DNA of 48,111 nt from Opitutales bacterium (GCA_900299415.1 OMJT01000022.1:1-48111), one strand, 5' to 3'; positions 1 to 8,636 are shown, counted from the stretch's first letter. Notes: generated by a model from the letters alone, not told the origin. A program made the numbers and translations.

Positions 1-35
1 ATCTTTTCCTCGGTCGTGTGTCGTTTGCCTTTCAT
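1..35 (-). CDS. 5' end of a CDS running out of the window; the N-terminus MKGKRHTTEEK resembles IS3-family transposase OrfA
   Basis: ATG at 35..33 is preceded by AAAGGAAC. The KRHT.EE N-terminal pattern is typical of IS3 OrfA HTH proteins. The fragment is very short. Confidence 0.3.
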   Translation of the reverse strand, partial: MKGKRHTTEEK

Positions 36-103
36 CGTCTGGGTTCCTTTCTATCGGCCCCAGACTGACGCCGCCAGCGGATCAATTCTCGGCGGTCACT
101 TCA
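1..103 (-). mobile_element. Possible terminal ~100 bp of an IS3-family insertion sequence that continues beyond the left window edge
   Basis: The minus strand from nt 103 reads TGAAGTGACCGCCGAGAATTGATCC, a TG-initiated, IS911/IS3-style terminal repeat. About 65 nt later AAAGGAAC-N6-ATG (ATG at 35..33) opens MKGKRHTTEEK-. Nt 104-120 just outside are AT-rich (GGTTAAACTTTAAGCG). Only 11 codons are visible and there is no second end to compare. Confidence 0.3.
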
Positions 104-149
104 GGTTAAACTTTAAGCGTTTTCGGACCAACGTTCGCTCCGCGGTTTT

Positions 150-848
150 TTAAGGTGCTTTCTGCATCACCTCCAACGCCGCGCGGGCCGCCGCTTCCTC
201 GGCGAGCTTCTTTGAGGTGCCGCGGCCGCTTCCGAGGCGGCGGTCGAGCAGGAAGACGGCGACCTCGTAGGTGCGGGCGTGGTCTTCCCCCTCGGCTCTG
301 ACGAGCTCGTAGCGCAGTGCAAAGTTGCCGTGGGCGGGCTGTACGATCTCCTGCAGGCGGCCTTTCGGGTTGTCGCCGGGTTCACTCGCGAGAATGCGGG
401 CCTGGAGGTCCCCGTAGAGCCGCTGCACCACGGCCTGTGCGACGGCGAACCCGCCGTCGAGGTAAACCGCGCCGATGACCGCCTCGAAGGCGTCCTCCAG
501 CGAGGAGGTGCGGTTGCGTCCGCCGGTATTCTCCTCGCTAGTCCCAAGCCGCAGGCAATCGGCAATGCCGGCCTCGCGGGCGAGGGCCGCGAGGAAGGCG
601 CCGTTCGCGAGCACGGCCCGGCGCCGGCTCAGGCCGCCCTCGCGCTCCGTCGGGAAGAGCTGGAAAAGCTCGTGGGAGAGCGCGAGCTGCAGGACGGCGT
701 CCCCCAGAAACTCGAGGCGCTGGTTGTTGCCGTCGAACCCAGGGGTGTCCTGCAGGATGGACGGATGAGTGAGGGCCCGCTCGAGCAGGCGCACGTCACG
801 GAACGCGTGTCCGAGCCGGTCTTGCAGCGCGGCGAGGGTTTCGCTCAT
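150..848 (-). CDS. rnc: Ribonuclease III
   Basis: 232 aa. It has the RNase III signature ERLEFLGDAVL, the downstream EDAFEAVIGAVYLDGG block and a C-terminal dsRBD (GSGRGTSKKLAEEAAARAAL). Its ATG overlaps the stop of the upstream permease (ATGA at 845-848). Confidence 0.95.
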   Translation of the reverse strand: MSETLAALQDRLGHAFRDVRLLERALTHPSILQDTPGFDGNNQRLEFLGDAVLQLALSHELFQLFPTEREGGLSRRRAVLANGAFLAALAREAGIADCLRLGTSEENTGGRNRTSSLEDAFEAVIGAVYLDGGFAVAQAVVQRLYGDLQARILASEPGDNPKGRLQEIVQPAHGNFALRYELVRAEGEDHARTYEVAVFLLDRRLGSGRGTSKKLAEEAAARAALEVMQKAP

Positions 849-1636
849 GACGAGGCTGACGCGTAGCGCCGCAGGCCGCGGTGGAAGGTCCAGACCGCGA
901 CGGTGAACCAGACGGCAGCGGAGCCGGCCAGCCAGAGCGTGAGCGTGGGGTTGAACCCGTGGAGGAGGCTGGACGCCGGCGTGTTACTGACCACGACGAC
1001 CGGGAGGGCGTAGACGAAGAGAGTGCGGGCCACGACGCCACGGAAGGCCTGGCGCGGCAGGCGCGAGAATTCCGTCATGGAGAAGTACCCGCCCTCGACG
1101 CCCTGTGCGCTGGAAAGCCAAAAGACCATGGAGATCGAGAGCACGAGCACGCTGTAGTGGATGACGATCCCGCAGAGCACGAAGAAGGCGTATAGGGCGA
1201 CATCGGCCGGGCCCGGGTGCAGCCCGAGCTGGCGGACCGAGTAGATCACGACGCCGGCGGCGATGGCCGAGTTCATCAGGCCGTCGAGGTCGAGCTTGCG
1301 GGTCGAAGCCATGAACAGGACGTTCCCGGGCTGGGCGAGGGTAAAGTCGAAGTTGCCGGTGCGCACGTTGCGCCCCATCTCGAAGAGGCTGCTCCAGAAG
1401 AAGCCCATGAGGAAGCGCTGGATCAGCATCGAGGTGCCGACGAGCAGCATCATCTCATGCTTCGACCAGCCCGCGACGGAGTCGGTGTGACGGTAGATGA
1501 CGTCGATCGTGAGCAGGTTCACGCCCATCCAGAAGAGCTCGACGAGCGACCAGACGAGGAGGTCACCGCGGAACATCATCGCCCGTGTGATCGAGTAGCG
1601 GGCCGATGCGGCCCAGACCCGGAGATAGTAGGTCAT
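845..1636 (-). CDS. ABC-2 family transporter permease (DUF990-type)
   Basis: 263-aa multi-TM ORF with an ABC-2 family permease-like sequence. It is translationally coupled to rnc and lies 3 nt downstream of a paralogous permease. Confidence 0.75.
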   Translation of the reverse strand: MTYYLRVWAASARYSITRAMMFRGDLLVWSLVELFWMGVNLLTIDVIYRHTDSVAGWSKHEMMLLVGTSMLIQRFLMGFFWSSLFEMGRNVRTGNFDFTLAQPGNVLFMASTRKLDLDGLMNSAIAAGVVIYSVRQLGLHPGPADVALYAFFVLCGIVIHYSVLVLSISMVFWLSSAQGVEGGYFSMTEFSRLPRQAFRGVVARTLFVYALPVVVVSNTPASSLLHGFNPTLTLWLAGSAAVWFTVAVWTFHRGLRRYASASS

Positions 1637-1639
1637 GGT

Positions 1640-2452
1640 TCAGCCTCCCACCGCGGTGTGGCGGCGCAGGCCGCGGACCCAGAGGGCTTTGTTGACGGCG
1701 AGCAGGATCGCGACCCAGATGAGCTGGATCACGAAACCCTGTGCGATCTGGGCTGGATCGCTGAGGCGCCCCGTGAAAATCGCGGCCGGGAAATACATCT
1801 GGTAGTAAAACGGGAGGTATTGCGCCGTCGCGTAGGCCCAGGAGGGGAGCAGGTCGAGGGGAAACATCTGCCCACCGAGTACGGACTCGACCGCCATCGA
1901 GAGGATGACGAAGCCCTGGATGTCGAGGAACCAGAACGTCAGCAGCCCGAAGCAATACGCGATGCTGAACTGCACCATGGCGGAAAGCGCCATCGCCGGC
2001 AGGCCGACCGCGAGTCGCCACGGCTCGGCGGGGAATGCGAGATGGCCCCAGAGGAAGGGCAGGGCGACGAGCAGTGGCACGAGCACGAGCGAACCCGAGA
2101 CGAGCCGGGCAGCGACGAAGATGCTGAAGCGGTAGCCGAAGTAGTTGATCGGCTTGAGGAGGAACTGGTTGATCAGGCCGTTCCGGATGTCCTCGCTGAT
2201 CTGGTAGTCCTCGTTGAACGCGCTGATGAAGAACTGCAGCAGGAGCAGCGTGACGAAGTAGGTGAGCGTCTGGTTGAGCGTGAACCCGCCGAGCCGCTCG
2301 GTGCCGCCGAAGGCCGCGCCCCAGAGGATGAACACGACCGTGAGATGGAAGAGGGAGAAGAAGCCCCGCACCGCAAAGTTCCATCGGTAAATGAGGTTGC
2401 CCTGCAGCCCGATCAGGAAGGCGTGGCGGTACTTGTCGAGAGCGCGTAACAT
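1640..2452 (-). CDS. ABC-2 family transporter permease (DUF990-type)
   Basis: ORF 1640..2560 trimmed to the first ATG (2452), giving MLRALDKYRHAFLIG. It is multi-TM and partners the permease at 845..1636. No ATPase gene is adjacent. Confidence 0.75.
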   Translation of the reverse strand: MLRALDKYRHAFLIGLQGNLIYRWNFAVRGFFSLFHLTVVFILWGAAFGGTERLGGFTLNQTLTYFVTLLLLQFFISAFNEDYQISEDIRNGLINQFLLKPINYFGYRFSIFVAARLVSGSLVLVPLLVALPFLWGHLAFPAEPWRLAVGLPAMALSAMVQFSIAYCFGLLTFWFLDIQGFVILSMAVESVLGGQMFPLDLLPSWAYATAQYLPFYYQMYFPAAIFTGRLSDPAQIAQGFVIQLIWVAILLAVNKALWVRGLRRHTAVGG

Positions 2453-2609
2453 GGGCGGTCCCTCAGAATGGGTACTGCGGCAGGTGAGTTGGCAACTGTT
2501 CTGCTCGATTCTTAGATGTCCGTGAAACGCGAAATAACGAATCGGCGCGCGGCGCCGCATTCGCCTGGCTCAGGTGCCATATTCGGTCCGCTGGATCGGC
2601 AGCCTGCCG

Positions 2610-3392
2610 TCAGTCTTTCAGCCCGAATCGCTTGATCACCTCGGTGGTGAGTGCCGTGTAGGCCTCGGCGCCGAGGCTGTCGGGGTCATAGGCAAAAATC
2701 GGCTTCCCGAAGCTCGGGGCCTCGCTGAGACGGACGGTGCGCGGGATGACGGTGTGGAAGACCTTGTCGGGGAGGTGTTGCTTCACCTCGTCGACGACCT
2801 GCTTGGAGAGGTTGGTGCGGCCGTCGTACATCGTCATGATTACGCCGCCGAGCTCGAGGGCGGGGTTGACGTTGGCGGACTTGAGGCGCTCAACGTTCCG
2901 CAGGATCTGGCCGAGGCCCTCGAGGGCCATGTACTCGCATTGGAGCGTGATCAGCAGCTGGTCGGCGGCGGCGAGGCTGTTCATCGAGAGCATGCCGAGC
3001 GCGGGCGGGCAGTCGATGATGATGGCGCGGAAGCCGGCGGACTGGCGGATCGGGTCGATCACGCCGCGCAGGCGGGCGAGGTAGTTCTCGGTCTGGGCGA
3101 GTTCGATCTCGGCGGCCGCGAGGTCCTCCTCGCTCGGGATGAGTGCGAGGTGCTCGTAGGCCGTCGGCGTGATCATGCTGAAGGCCAACCCCTCGCCGCG
3201 CAGTGGGCCGTAGAGGCTCTTCCCCTCCTGCTTCTCGATGCCGACGGCACTCGTCGCGTTCGCCTGCGGGTCGAGGTCGATGAGCAGGGTGTGGACCTTC
3301 CTGGCCGCAAGGCCGGCCGCGAGGTTGACGGCAGTGGTGGTTTTGCCGACGCCGCCCTTCTGGTTGGCGATGGTGAAGACGGTGGTGGCCAT
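2610..3392 (-). CDS. parA: ParA/Soj-family partition ATPase
   Basis: Deviant Walker A KGGVGKTT and LIDLDPQANAT, with Soj-like sequence throughout. The ORF track starts at TTG 3404; ATG 3392 (MATTVFTIANQKGG) is preferred. No parB is adjacent. Confidence 0.9.
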   Translation of the reverse strand: MATTVFTIANQKGGVGKTTTAVNLAAGLAARKVHTLLIDLDPQANATSAVGIEKQEGKSLYGPLRGEGLAFSMITPTAYEHLALIPSEEDLAAAEIELAQTENYLARLRGVIDPIRQSAGFRAIIIDCPPALGMLSMNSLAAADQLLITLQCEYMALEGLGQILRNVERLKSANVNPALELGGVIMTMYDGRTNLSKQVVDEVKQHLPDKVFHTVIPRTVRLSEAPSFGKPIFAYDPDSLGAEAYTALTTEVIKRFGLKD

Positions 3393-3434
3393 GGGGCGCA
3401 CCAATCAGGAGGGCCACCGGCCCAATGACCAACG

Positions 3435-3457
3435 AAAAAAGGCGCGGCTACCGCGCG
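3435..3457 (-). terminator. Candidate intrinsic terminator of the cytochrome c gene
   Basis: The minus strand reads GCGCGG-UAG-CCGCGC-C-UUUUUU. This is a 6-bp GC stem whose loop is the TAG stop codon at 3448-3450, followed by a U6 run. Confidence 0.45.
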
Positions 3458-4221
3458 GCCGGTGGTGCCGCGGGCGGGGTCACGGGCTGGAACATGCGGT
3501 GATTTGGATTGCCGCCCGAGATGAGGAACGCGAGCAGGTCCGCCACCTCCTCCTCCTTGAGGTCATCGATCAGGCCGGGGGGCATGGGCGAGTCGTGCTC
3601 GGCGTCCTCGACCGAGACGATGTCCTCGGGCTTGATCCGGACCTCGTTGCCGCCGACCCAGGTGAAGGTGTTCGTGGAGGGGTCGAGCGTATAGTTCAGG
3701 ACGAGCAGGACGCCGTTCGTGTCGTTCTCCATCCGGCGGCCTACGACGGTCTCTCCGTCCTTCTTGGTCACGATCTTCTTGCCGAACAAATCGCTGACAT
3801 TCTCGCTCGGGCGGAGGATCTCGGTCAGTAGACCGTCGACTCCCATGCGGCCGCCGACGCCGGAGATGTCGGGCCCGATGCCGCCCGGGCCCTCGCCGAA
3901 GCGGTGGCAGAACGGGCAGGCATGAGTCTCGAAGATGGTCTTGCCGCGCTCGTAATTCCGTCCCCCCCGGAGCGCGCGGTTCATGATGGGCAGCAACTCG
4001 ATGAGCTCGTAATCGCTGGGCTTGCGCGAAACCGCGGGAAAGGAAAACGGCTGCGGAACCGCCGGCGCGGCGGCGACGGCCGGGGCGGCGGGAGCAGCAG
4101 CCGGGGCGGTGCCCGACGAGGCCGAGGAGCACGAGGACAGGACTAGCCCGAGCAGGAGCCCGGACGACGCCGTGGCGGCCCAGAGGACCGGAGAACGGGA
4201 CGAGAAGAGGGTGGGGGGCAT
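3448..4221 (-). CDS. c-type cytochrome lipoprotein (PVC-type heme-binding CxxCH domain)
   Basis: 257 aa. Lipoprotein-like signal (LGLVLSSC), an Ala/Pro linker, the heme motif CPFCH, then GIGPDISGVG ... SPMPPGL ... DLLAFL, typical of the Planctomycete/Verrucomicrobial heme-binding domain. Confidence 0.75.
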   Translation of the reverse strand: MPPTLFSSRSPVLWAATASSGLLLGLVLSSCSSASSGTAPAAAPAAPAVAAAPAVPQPFSFPAVSRKPSDYELIELLPIMNRALRGGRNYERGKTIFETHACPFCHRFGEGPGGIGPDISGVGGRMGVDGLLTEILRPSENVSDLFGKKIVTKKDGETVVGRRMENDTNGVLLVLNYTLDPSTNTFTWVGGNEVRIKPEDIVSVEDAEHDSPMPPGLIDDLKEEEVADLLAFLISGGNPNHRMFQPVTPPAAPPAAR

Positions 4222-4340
4222 GACCGGGAACGGAACGGTACATGGTTAGACGATCCAACCTTCCAAGTGTTGCGAGATTATACGGCACTCCCTGCGAAAT
4301 TACACGCCTGATTGATACTCGGCGGGCCTGGTATGCCCGA

Positions 4341-4375
4341 CTTGAGCGTTGAATGTTGAACCCGGAGCGTTCCCA
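4341..4375 (+). repeat. Tandem heptanucleotide array, 5 units (CTTGAGC GTTGAAT GTTGAAC CCGGAGC GTTCCCA)
   Basis: Read directly from the sequence. It ends 13 nt before the MATE ATG (4389), in the same orientation as the gene. Confidence 0.8.
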
Positions 4376-4388
4376 TTTTGGTTTCCTC

Positions 4389-5807
4389 ATGGCCGCCGAA
4401 CCAGTTCGCGTTGACCCATCGCCGCCTTCCTTCTGGCGGAGCGTCGGGCAGGCGCTGCGCGGGGAGCACCACGACTATACGTCCGAGGCGCTGCCGCGGT
4501 CGGTGCTGCTGCTCGCGGTGCCGATGGTGTTGGAGATGGTCATGGAGTCCCTCTTTGCCGTGGCCGACGTGTACTGGGTCTCGAGCCTCGGCCGCGGGGC
4601 GGTGGCGGTGGTGGGCCTGAACGAGTCGATCATGACCCTGATCTACGCCCTCGCGATCGGTATCTCGATTGCGGGCGCCGCGATGGTGGCGCGCCGGATC
4701 GGCGAGAAGAACCCGGAGGAGGCGGCCCATGCCGCGGCTCAGCTGCTGGTGCTCGGACTGGGGATCTCGCTCGTGCTTGGGGCGGTGCTGGGCAGCGTCG
4801 CGCCTCAGTTGCTGCGGCTAATGGGCGCGGAGCCGGACATCGTGGCGCAAGGGACGAACTTCAGCCGCATCATGCTGGGCGGCAATGCCACGGTTTTCCT
4901 GATTTTCCTGATCAACGCGGTGTTCCGCGGCGCGGGTGACGCCGTGATCGCAATGCGCACGCTCTGGCTCGCCAACGGTCTCAATATAGTGCTCGGGCCA
5001 TGCTTCATCTTCGGGTGGGGACCTTTCCCGGAGCTCGGTTTGGACGGCGCGGCGGTTGCCACCAACCTCGGGCGCGGTTGCGGCGTTATTTACCAGCTCT
5101 GGCACCTCGCCGGGCACCACATTAGAATCAAGGTGCGGCCGTCGCATTTCGTGCCCGACCGGGTGATGCTCGCCACGATCCTGCGGGCCTCGGGCAGTGG
5201 CATTGCCCAGATGCTCATCGCCATGACCAGCTGGATCGGCCTGTTCAAGATCCTCGCTCTTTTTGGCAGCGCGGCACTCGCGGGCTACACGATCGCGGTC
5301 CGGGTCATCATCTTCGCCCTGATGCCCGCCTGGGGTCTGAGCAATGCCGGCGCCACGCTCGTCGGGCAGAACCTCGGGGCGGGCCGACCGGATCGCTCCG
5401 AGGAGGCGGTACGGATTGCCGCCCGCTACAACATGATCTTTCTCGGCATCGTGGGGCTGGTTTTCGTGGTGCTGGCCGGCCCGATCGCCCGGCTTTTTCA
5501 CCCCGACCCCGAGGTCTACGCCTACGCCCGGCGCGCGCTCTGGGTGATCAGCCTCGCATTCCCACTCTACGCCGCGGGCATGTGCTACGGCGGTGCGTTC
5601 AACGGTGCGGGCGACACCTGGACCCCAACCCGGCTGAATTTCTTTTGCTTTTGGCTCTGCGAGATCCCCCTTGCCTGGGTGCTGGCCGGACCCGCCGGCC
5701 TCGGTCCGACCGGCGTCTTCATCGCCATCCCGGCGTCCTTCTCGGTCTACGCGCTCTGGACGATGGCCCTTTTCCGCAAGGGGGCGTGGAAGGCGAAAAA
5801 AATATGA
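4389..5807 (+). CDS. MATE family efflux transporter
   Basis: 12-TM protein. The N-terminal LLLAVPMVLEMVMESLFAVADVYWVSSLG and the internal repeat are typical of NorM/DinF-type MATE transporters. ATG 4389 is preferred over ORF-track start 4353, which lies inside the heptad array. Confidence 0.9.
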   Translation: MAAEPVRVDPSPPSFWRSVGQALRGEHHDYTSEALPRSVLLLAVPMVLEMVMESLFAVADVYWVSSLGRGAVAVVGLNESIMTLIYALAIGISIAGAAMVARRIGEKNPEEAAHAAAQLLVLGLGISLVLGAVLGSVAPQLLRLMGAEPDIVAQGTNFSRIMLGGNATVFLIFLINAVFRGAGDAVIAMRTLWLANGLNIVLGPCFIFGWGPFPELGLDGAAVATNLGRGCGVIYQLWHLAGHHIRIKVRPSHFVPDRVMLATILRASGSGIAQMLIAMTSWIGLFKILALFGSAALAGYTIAVRVIIFALMPAWGLSNAGATLVGQNLGAGRPDRSEEAVRIAARYNMIFLGIVGLVFVVLAGPIARLFHPDPEVYAYARRALWVISLAFPLYAAGMCYGGAFNGAGDTWTPTRLNFFCFWLCEIPLAWVLAGPAGLGPTGVFIAIPASFSVYALWTMALFRKGAWKAKKI

Positions 5808-5830
5808 GTCTGTGAGTTCCCAACCCCACG

Positions 5831-6067
5831 ATGAGTGATCTTTCCCCTCTTCCGACCGATCCCCGGCCCGGCCGCTACCGGCATTACAAGGGCAACGAGT
5901 ACCGCGTGCTTGGGCTGGCCCGGCACTCGGAGACCCTTGAGGTGCTCGTGGTCTACGAGGCCCTCTATGGCGAGCGCGGCTGCTGGGTCCGACCCGCGGC
6001 GATGTTCATCGAAACGATCGAAGCGAAGGGGCGCCGCGTGCCGAGGTTCGAGCGCATCGGTGACTGA
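5831..6067 (+). CDS. DUF1653 domain protein
   Basis: 78 aa. YRHYKGNEYRVLGLARHSETLEVLVVYEALYGERGCWVRP..MF matches the DUF1653 core pattern. Confidence 0.8.
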   Translation: MSDLSPLPTDPRPGRYRHYKGNEYRVLGLARHSETLEVLVVYEALYGERGCWVRPAAMFIETIEAKGRRVPRFERIGD

Positions 6068-6140
6068 TCGGTTTTCCCTAAAGACAAGGCCGGGTCGGCG
6101 GCCCAGCCCGACCATGGGGATAGGGTCCCCCTGCTTGGGC

Positions 6141-6185
6141 GTTGAGCGTTAGGCGTTGAACGTTGAGTGTTTCCCGTTTGTTCCC
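6141..6185 (+). repeat. Tandem heptanucleotide array, 6 units (GTTGAGC GTTAGGC GTTGAAC GTTGAGT GTTTCCC GTTTGTT) plus CCC
   Basis: Read directly from the sequence. It abuts the ATG at 6186 of the metallophosphoesterase gene, in the same orientation. Confidence 0.8.
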
Positions 6186-7013
6186 ATGGCCGAAGGTTTC
6201 ACCAGAATCATCTCCGACCTGCACTACGGGGACCGCGCCAGCCGCGTGAAGCGGCTACGGCAGATCGCGCCGTTGCTCGATGGGCCGGCGCGGCTCGTCG
6301 TGAACGGCGATGCGCTCGACACCCGCCTCGGCGCCCACCCGGCGCGCACGATGGCGCTGCGCGACGAGGTGCTGGACTTCTTCGCCCGGGAATCGCCGCC
6401 GGCGCAGTTGCTCACGGGCAACCACGACAATGACATCTCGTCGCTCCATGCCCTGGACCTGGCGGGCGGCACCGTGTTTGTGACCCACGGCGACGTGCTC
6501 TTCGACGAGATCGTGCCGTGGGGACGCGATGTGCCGATGATCCGCCGGCTCATGGCGGAGGCCTGGGCCCGCCGGCCGGCCGACCAACGTGATTCGCTGG
6601 AGCATCGCCTGCAGGTCATGCGCAGCGTCGCGTCGCGGTTGCCCCAACGTCACCAGGTCGAACCCAATTTGTGGAAATACATCGGCAGTTACCTGTCTGA
6701 CACCCTCTGGCCGCCCGACCGATTCCTGCGCATCCTCCGAACCTGGCGCGCGGCCCCGGCGCGGGCCGCGGCGCTGCTGCAGGCGCACCGGCCGGGGGCG
6801 CGCTTCGCCGTGCTCGGTCATCTGCATCATCCCGGGGTCTGGACCCAGCCCGATGGTTGCGTTGTGATCAACACCGGCTCCTTCTGTCCGCCGCTCGGTG
6901 GTGCGGTGGTCGACGTGTATTCCGACCGCCTGGTCGTGCGGCGCTTCCGCGAGGTGCGGGGCGAGTTTCGGCCTGAGGCCGTGCGGGCGGAGTTTGCGCT
7001 GGCGGCGCCTTGA
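6186..7013 (+). CDS. Calcineurin-like metallophosphoesterase
   Basis: Motifs DLHYGD, NGDALD, GNHDN, THGD and GHLHH occur in canonical order. ATG 6186 (MAEGFTRIISDLHYGD) is preferred over TTG 6156, which lies inside the repeat. Confidence 0.8.
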   Translation: MAEGFTRIISDLHYGDRASRVKRLRQIAPLLDGPARLVVNGDALDTRLGAHPARTMALRDEVLDFFARESPPAQLLTGNHDNDISSLHALDLAGGTVFVTHGDVLFDEIVPWGRDVPMIRRLMAEAWARRPADQRDSLEHRLQVMRSVASRLPQRHQVEPNLWKYIGSYLSDTLWPPDRFLRILRTWRAAPARAAALLQAHRPGARFAVLGHLHHPGVWTQPDGCVVINTGSFCPPLGGAVVDVYSDRLVVRRFREVRGEFRPEAVRAEFALAAP

Positions 7014-7035
7014 ACTTCCGCCACAAGGAACCGTC

Positions 7036-7275
7036 ATGGGCATGGATTTTGGCTGGTGGAACAAGGACCCCGAGGAGGGGAAATACCAGGTGCACGCACG
7101 GTTCCACGGCGGCAACATAGAGTGGCAGCGGAAAAAGGGTCACCACACACCCTGGATCGAACACTCACCGTCCGACGAGGACTGGGATCAGCTGCTTTAC
7201 GAGGCCGGAAAGCGCGTTCCCCGCCGGCTGATGTCGCCGAAGCAGTTCGACGAGTTGAAGGCCCTTCGCCCCTAG
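7036..7275 (+). CDS. Small hypothetical protein (79 aa)
   Basis: ATG 7036 is preceded by AAGGAACCGTC, one of the few SD-like sites in the window. It lies 22 nt after the phosphoesterase stop. The sequence is non-repetitive and protein-like (MGMDFGWWNKDPEEGKYQVHARFHGG). I recognise no family. Confidence 0.5.
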   Translation: MGMDFGWWNKDPEEGKYQVHARFHGGNIEWQRKKGHHTPWIEHSPSDEDWDQLLYEAGKRVPRRLMSPKQFDELKALRP

Positions 7276-7423
7276 TCCCGGGACCGCCGTTTGATCGACG
7301 GTAGGGGCGACCAGCTGGGCCGGCCGGGACCGGAGCTTTGCGGCGGAAGCCCCCAGGCATCGCGCAAGTCCTGCAGGCCCGTGGCCGGCGGACCGGGCTG
7401 GCGCGGTTCCCTTGGCGGGAGAA

Positions 7424-7948
7424 TCATTCCGCCTTTGCCAGCTCGGCGCTGGCCATGAGCCACACCAGACGGAAGGAGATCGCGAACGTGCGGGGTTGGG
7501 ATTTCAGGCGGGCGTTCAGCTCCTCCAGGGTGATCCAGGCGCCGGCCTCGATCTCCTCGGGATGCAGCGTGAACGGTCCATCGTGCTGCAGGCGATATAC
7601 CCAGCAGAACTCCCAGCCGGTCTCCGCGCAGGGCTTGATGCGGAACCAGCGCGCCGGGGGAGCTGGCAGGAAGATGCCCAGCTCCTCGCCCAGTTCGCGC
7701 TGAGCCGCGGGATCGTAGGTCTCACCGGAGTCCACGTGTCCCGAGCACGAAGTCGACCACATGCCGGGCTCGGCATCCTTGGTCATCGATCGCTTCTGCA
7801 GGAAAAGTCGCCCCTGCCGGTCAAAGACCAGGATATGTACCGCCCGGTGCAAAAGCCGCTTCGCGTGCACCTCGGCCCGCGGCGCCCGCCCGATGACTAC
7901 GTCGCGGTCGTTGACGATGTCGAAGTATTCGATGGAAGGAGCGGCCAT
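7424..7948 (-). CDS. NUDIX hydrolase
   Basis: Nudix box GHVDSGETYDPAAQRELGEELGI. ATG 7948 (MAAPSIEYFD) is preferred over ORF start 7969, which lies in the heptad array. Confidence 0.85.
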   Translation of the reverse strand: MAAPSIEYFDIVNDRDVVIGRAPRAEVHAKRLLHRAVHILVFDRQGRLFLQKRSMTKDAEPGMWSTSCSGHVDSGETYDPAAQRELGEELGIFLPAPPARWFRIKPCAETGWEFCWVYRLQHDGPFTLHPEEIEAGAWITLEELNARLKSQPRTFAISFRLVWLMASAELAKAE

Positions 7949-7949
7949 G

Positions 7950-7991
7950 GCCGAACGCTCAGGGTTCAACGCTCAACTCTCAACGCTCAAG
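7950..7991 (-). repeat. Tandem heptanucleotide array, 6 units on the minus strand (CTTGAGC GTTGAGA GTTGAGC GTTGAAC CCTGAGC GTTCGGC)
   Basis: Read directly from the sequence. It ends 1 nt before the NUDIX ATG. Nt 7953-7991 form a 36/39 inverted repeat with 8085-8123. Confidence 0.85.
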
Positions 7992-8084
7992 TAGGACCGG
8001 GGCACCGGCCTCCGCGGTAGGGCTGGGTCGATGCCCCGGTCGGGATGGGCGAGCCAGCCCGTCCCGTGAGGTGATCGCCACGGA

Positions 8085-8126
8085 CTTGAACGTTGAGAGT
8101 TGAGCGTTGAACGTTGAGCGTTCTCC
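8085..8126 (+). repeat. Tandem heptanucleotide array, 6 units (CTTGAAC GTTGAGA GTTGAGC GTTGAAC GTTGAGC GTTCTCC)
   Basis: Read directly from the sequence. It is followed by a 31-nt C/T-rich leader and the ATG at 8158. Confidence 0.85.
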
Positions 8127-8157
8127 AATCTGCCTTTTTCCCCTCGCTCTCCTTCCC

Positions 8158-8595
8158 ATGGCCAAAATTGATGTCAACAAAGTCGCCGAGATCCTGAAGA
8201 AAAACCAACTCGACCCGTCCTTGCTGCGTCGGGTGATCGAAGAAATGAATCTGGCGGTGCAGCCCGAGCCAGGCGAGGAGGAGAAGCCGCCCCCAGTGAA
8301 GAAGCAGTTTGCCGTCCTCCTGAGTGACCCGGAGGGCCGGATGCCGAAGGCCGAGTTTGTCGCCTGGGTGCTGCAGCTCCCGGAGAGCGAGAGCGTGGCG
8401 AGCGTGACCGAACGGGTCTGCCGCGGTGCTTACGACTACAACACCACGAAAAAGGGCCGCCTCTATCCCGCCAAGACCATCGGTGAGGCGATCGAGAACG
8501 TGCCGGCCAAGTTCTTCAAGGAAGCCGACCTCTGGGTGAAGACCAAGACGCCGGTGCTTGTGCTCAAGACCGACAACGAGATCCCGAAGGAGTAG
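8158..8595 (+). CDS. Hypothetical protein (145 aa), Lys/Glu-rich
   Basis: ATG 8158 (MAKIDVNKVAEILKK) follows the heptad array and a pyrimidine leader. The coding-like sequence is non-repetitive. I recognise no family. Confidence 0.6.
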   Translation: MAKIDVNKVAEILKKNQLDPSLLRRVIEEMNLAVQPEPGEEEKPPPVKKQFAVLLSDPEGRMPKAEFVAWVLQLPESESVASVTERVCRGAYDYNTTKKGRLYPAKTIGEAIENVPAKFFKEADLWVKTKTPVLVLKTDNEIPKE

Positions 8596-8636
8596 GGCAG
8601 GCTACGATGCGTACCGAGTGAACGTGGAGCGTGTCT

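Noticed and set aside
2453-2609. Imperfect hairpin GAATCGGCGCG/CGGCGCCGCATTC with a downstream T-rich stretch (minus strand) as a parA terminator
   Set aside because: The stem needs a bulge and the T-tract is interrupted (GTTATTTCGCGTTTC). The evidence is too weak to annotate.
8085-8126. Heptad arrays as a possible CRISPR array or coding repeat (the ORF track translates them as LNVERSTLNVQ...)
   Set aside because: The units are 7 nt with no spacers, there are no cas genes, and the arrays are only 35-50 nt long. The translated repeats lie upstream of the better-supported ATG starts.
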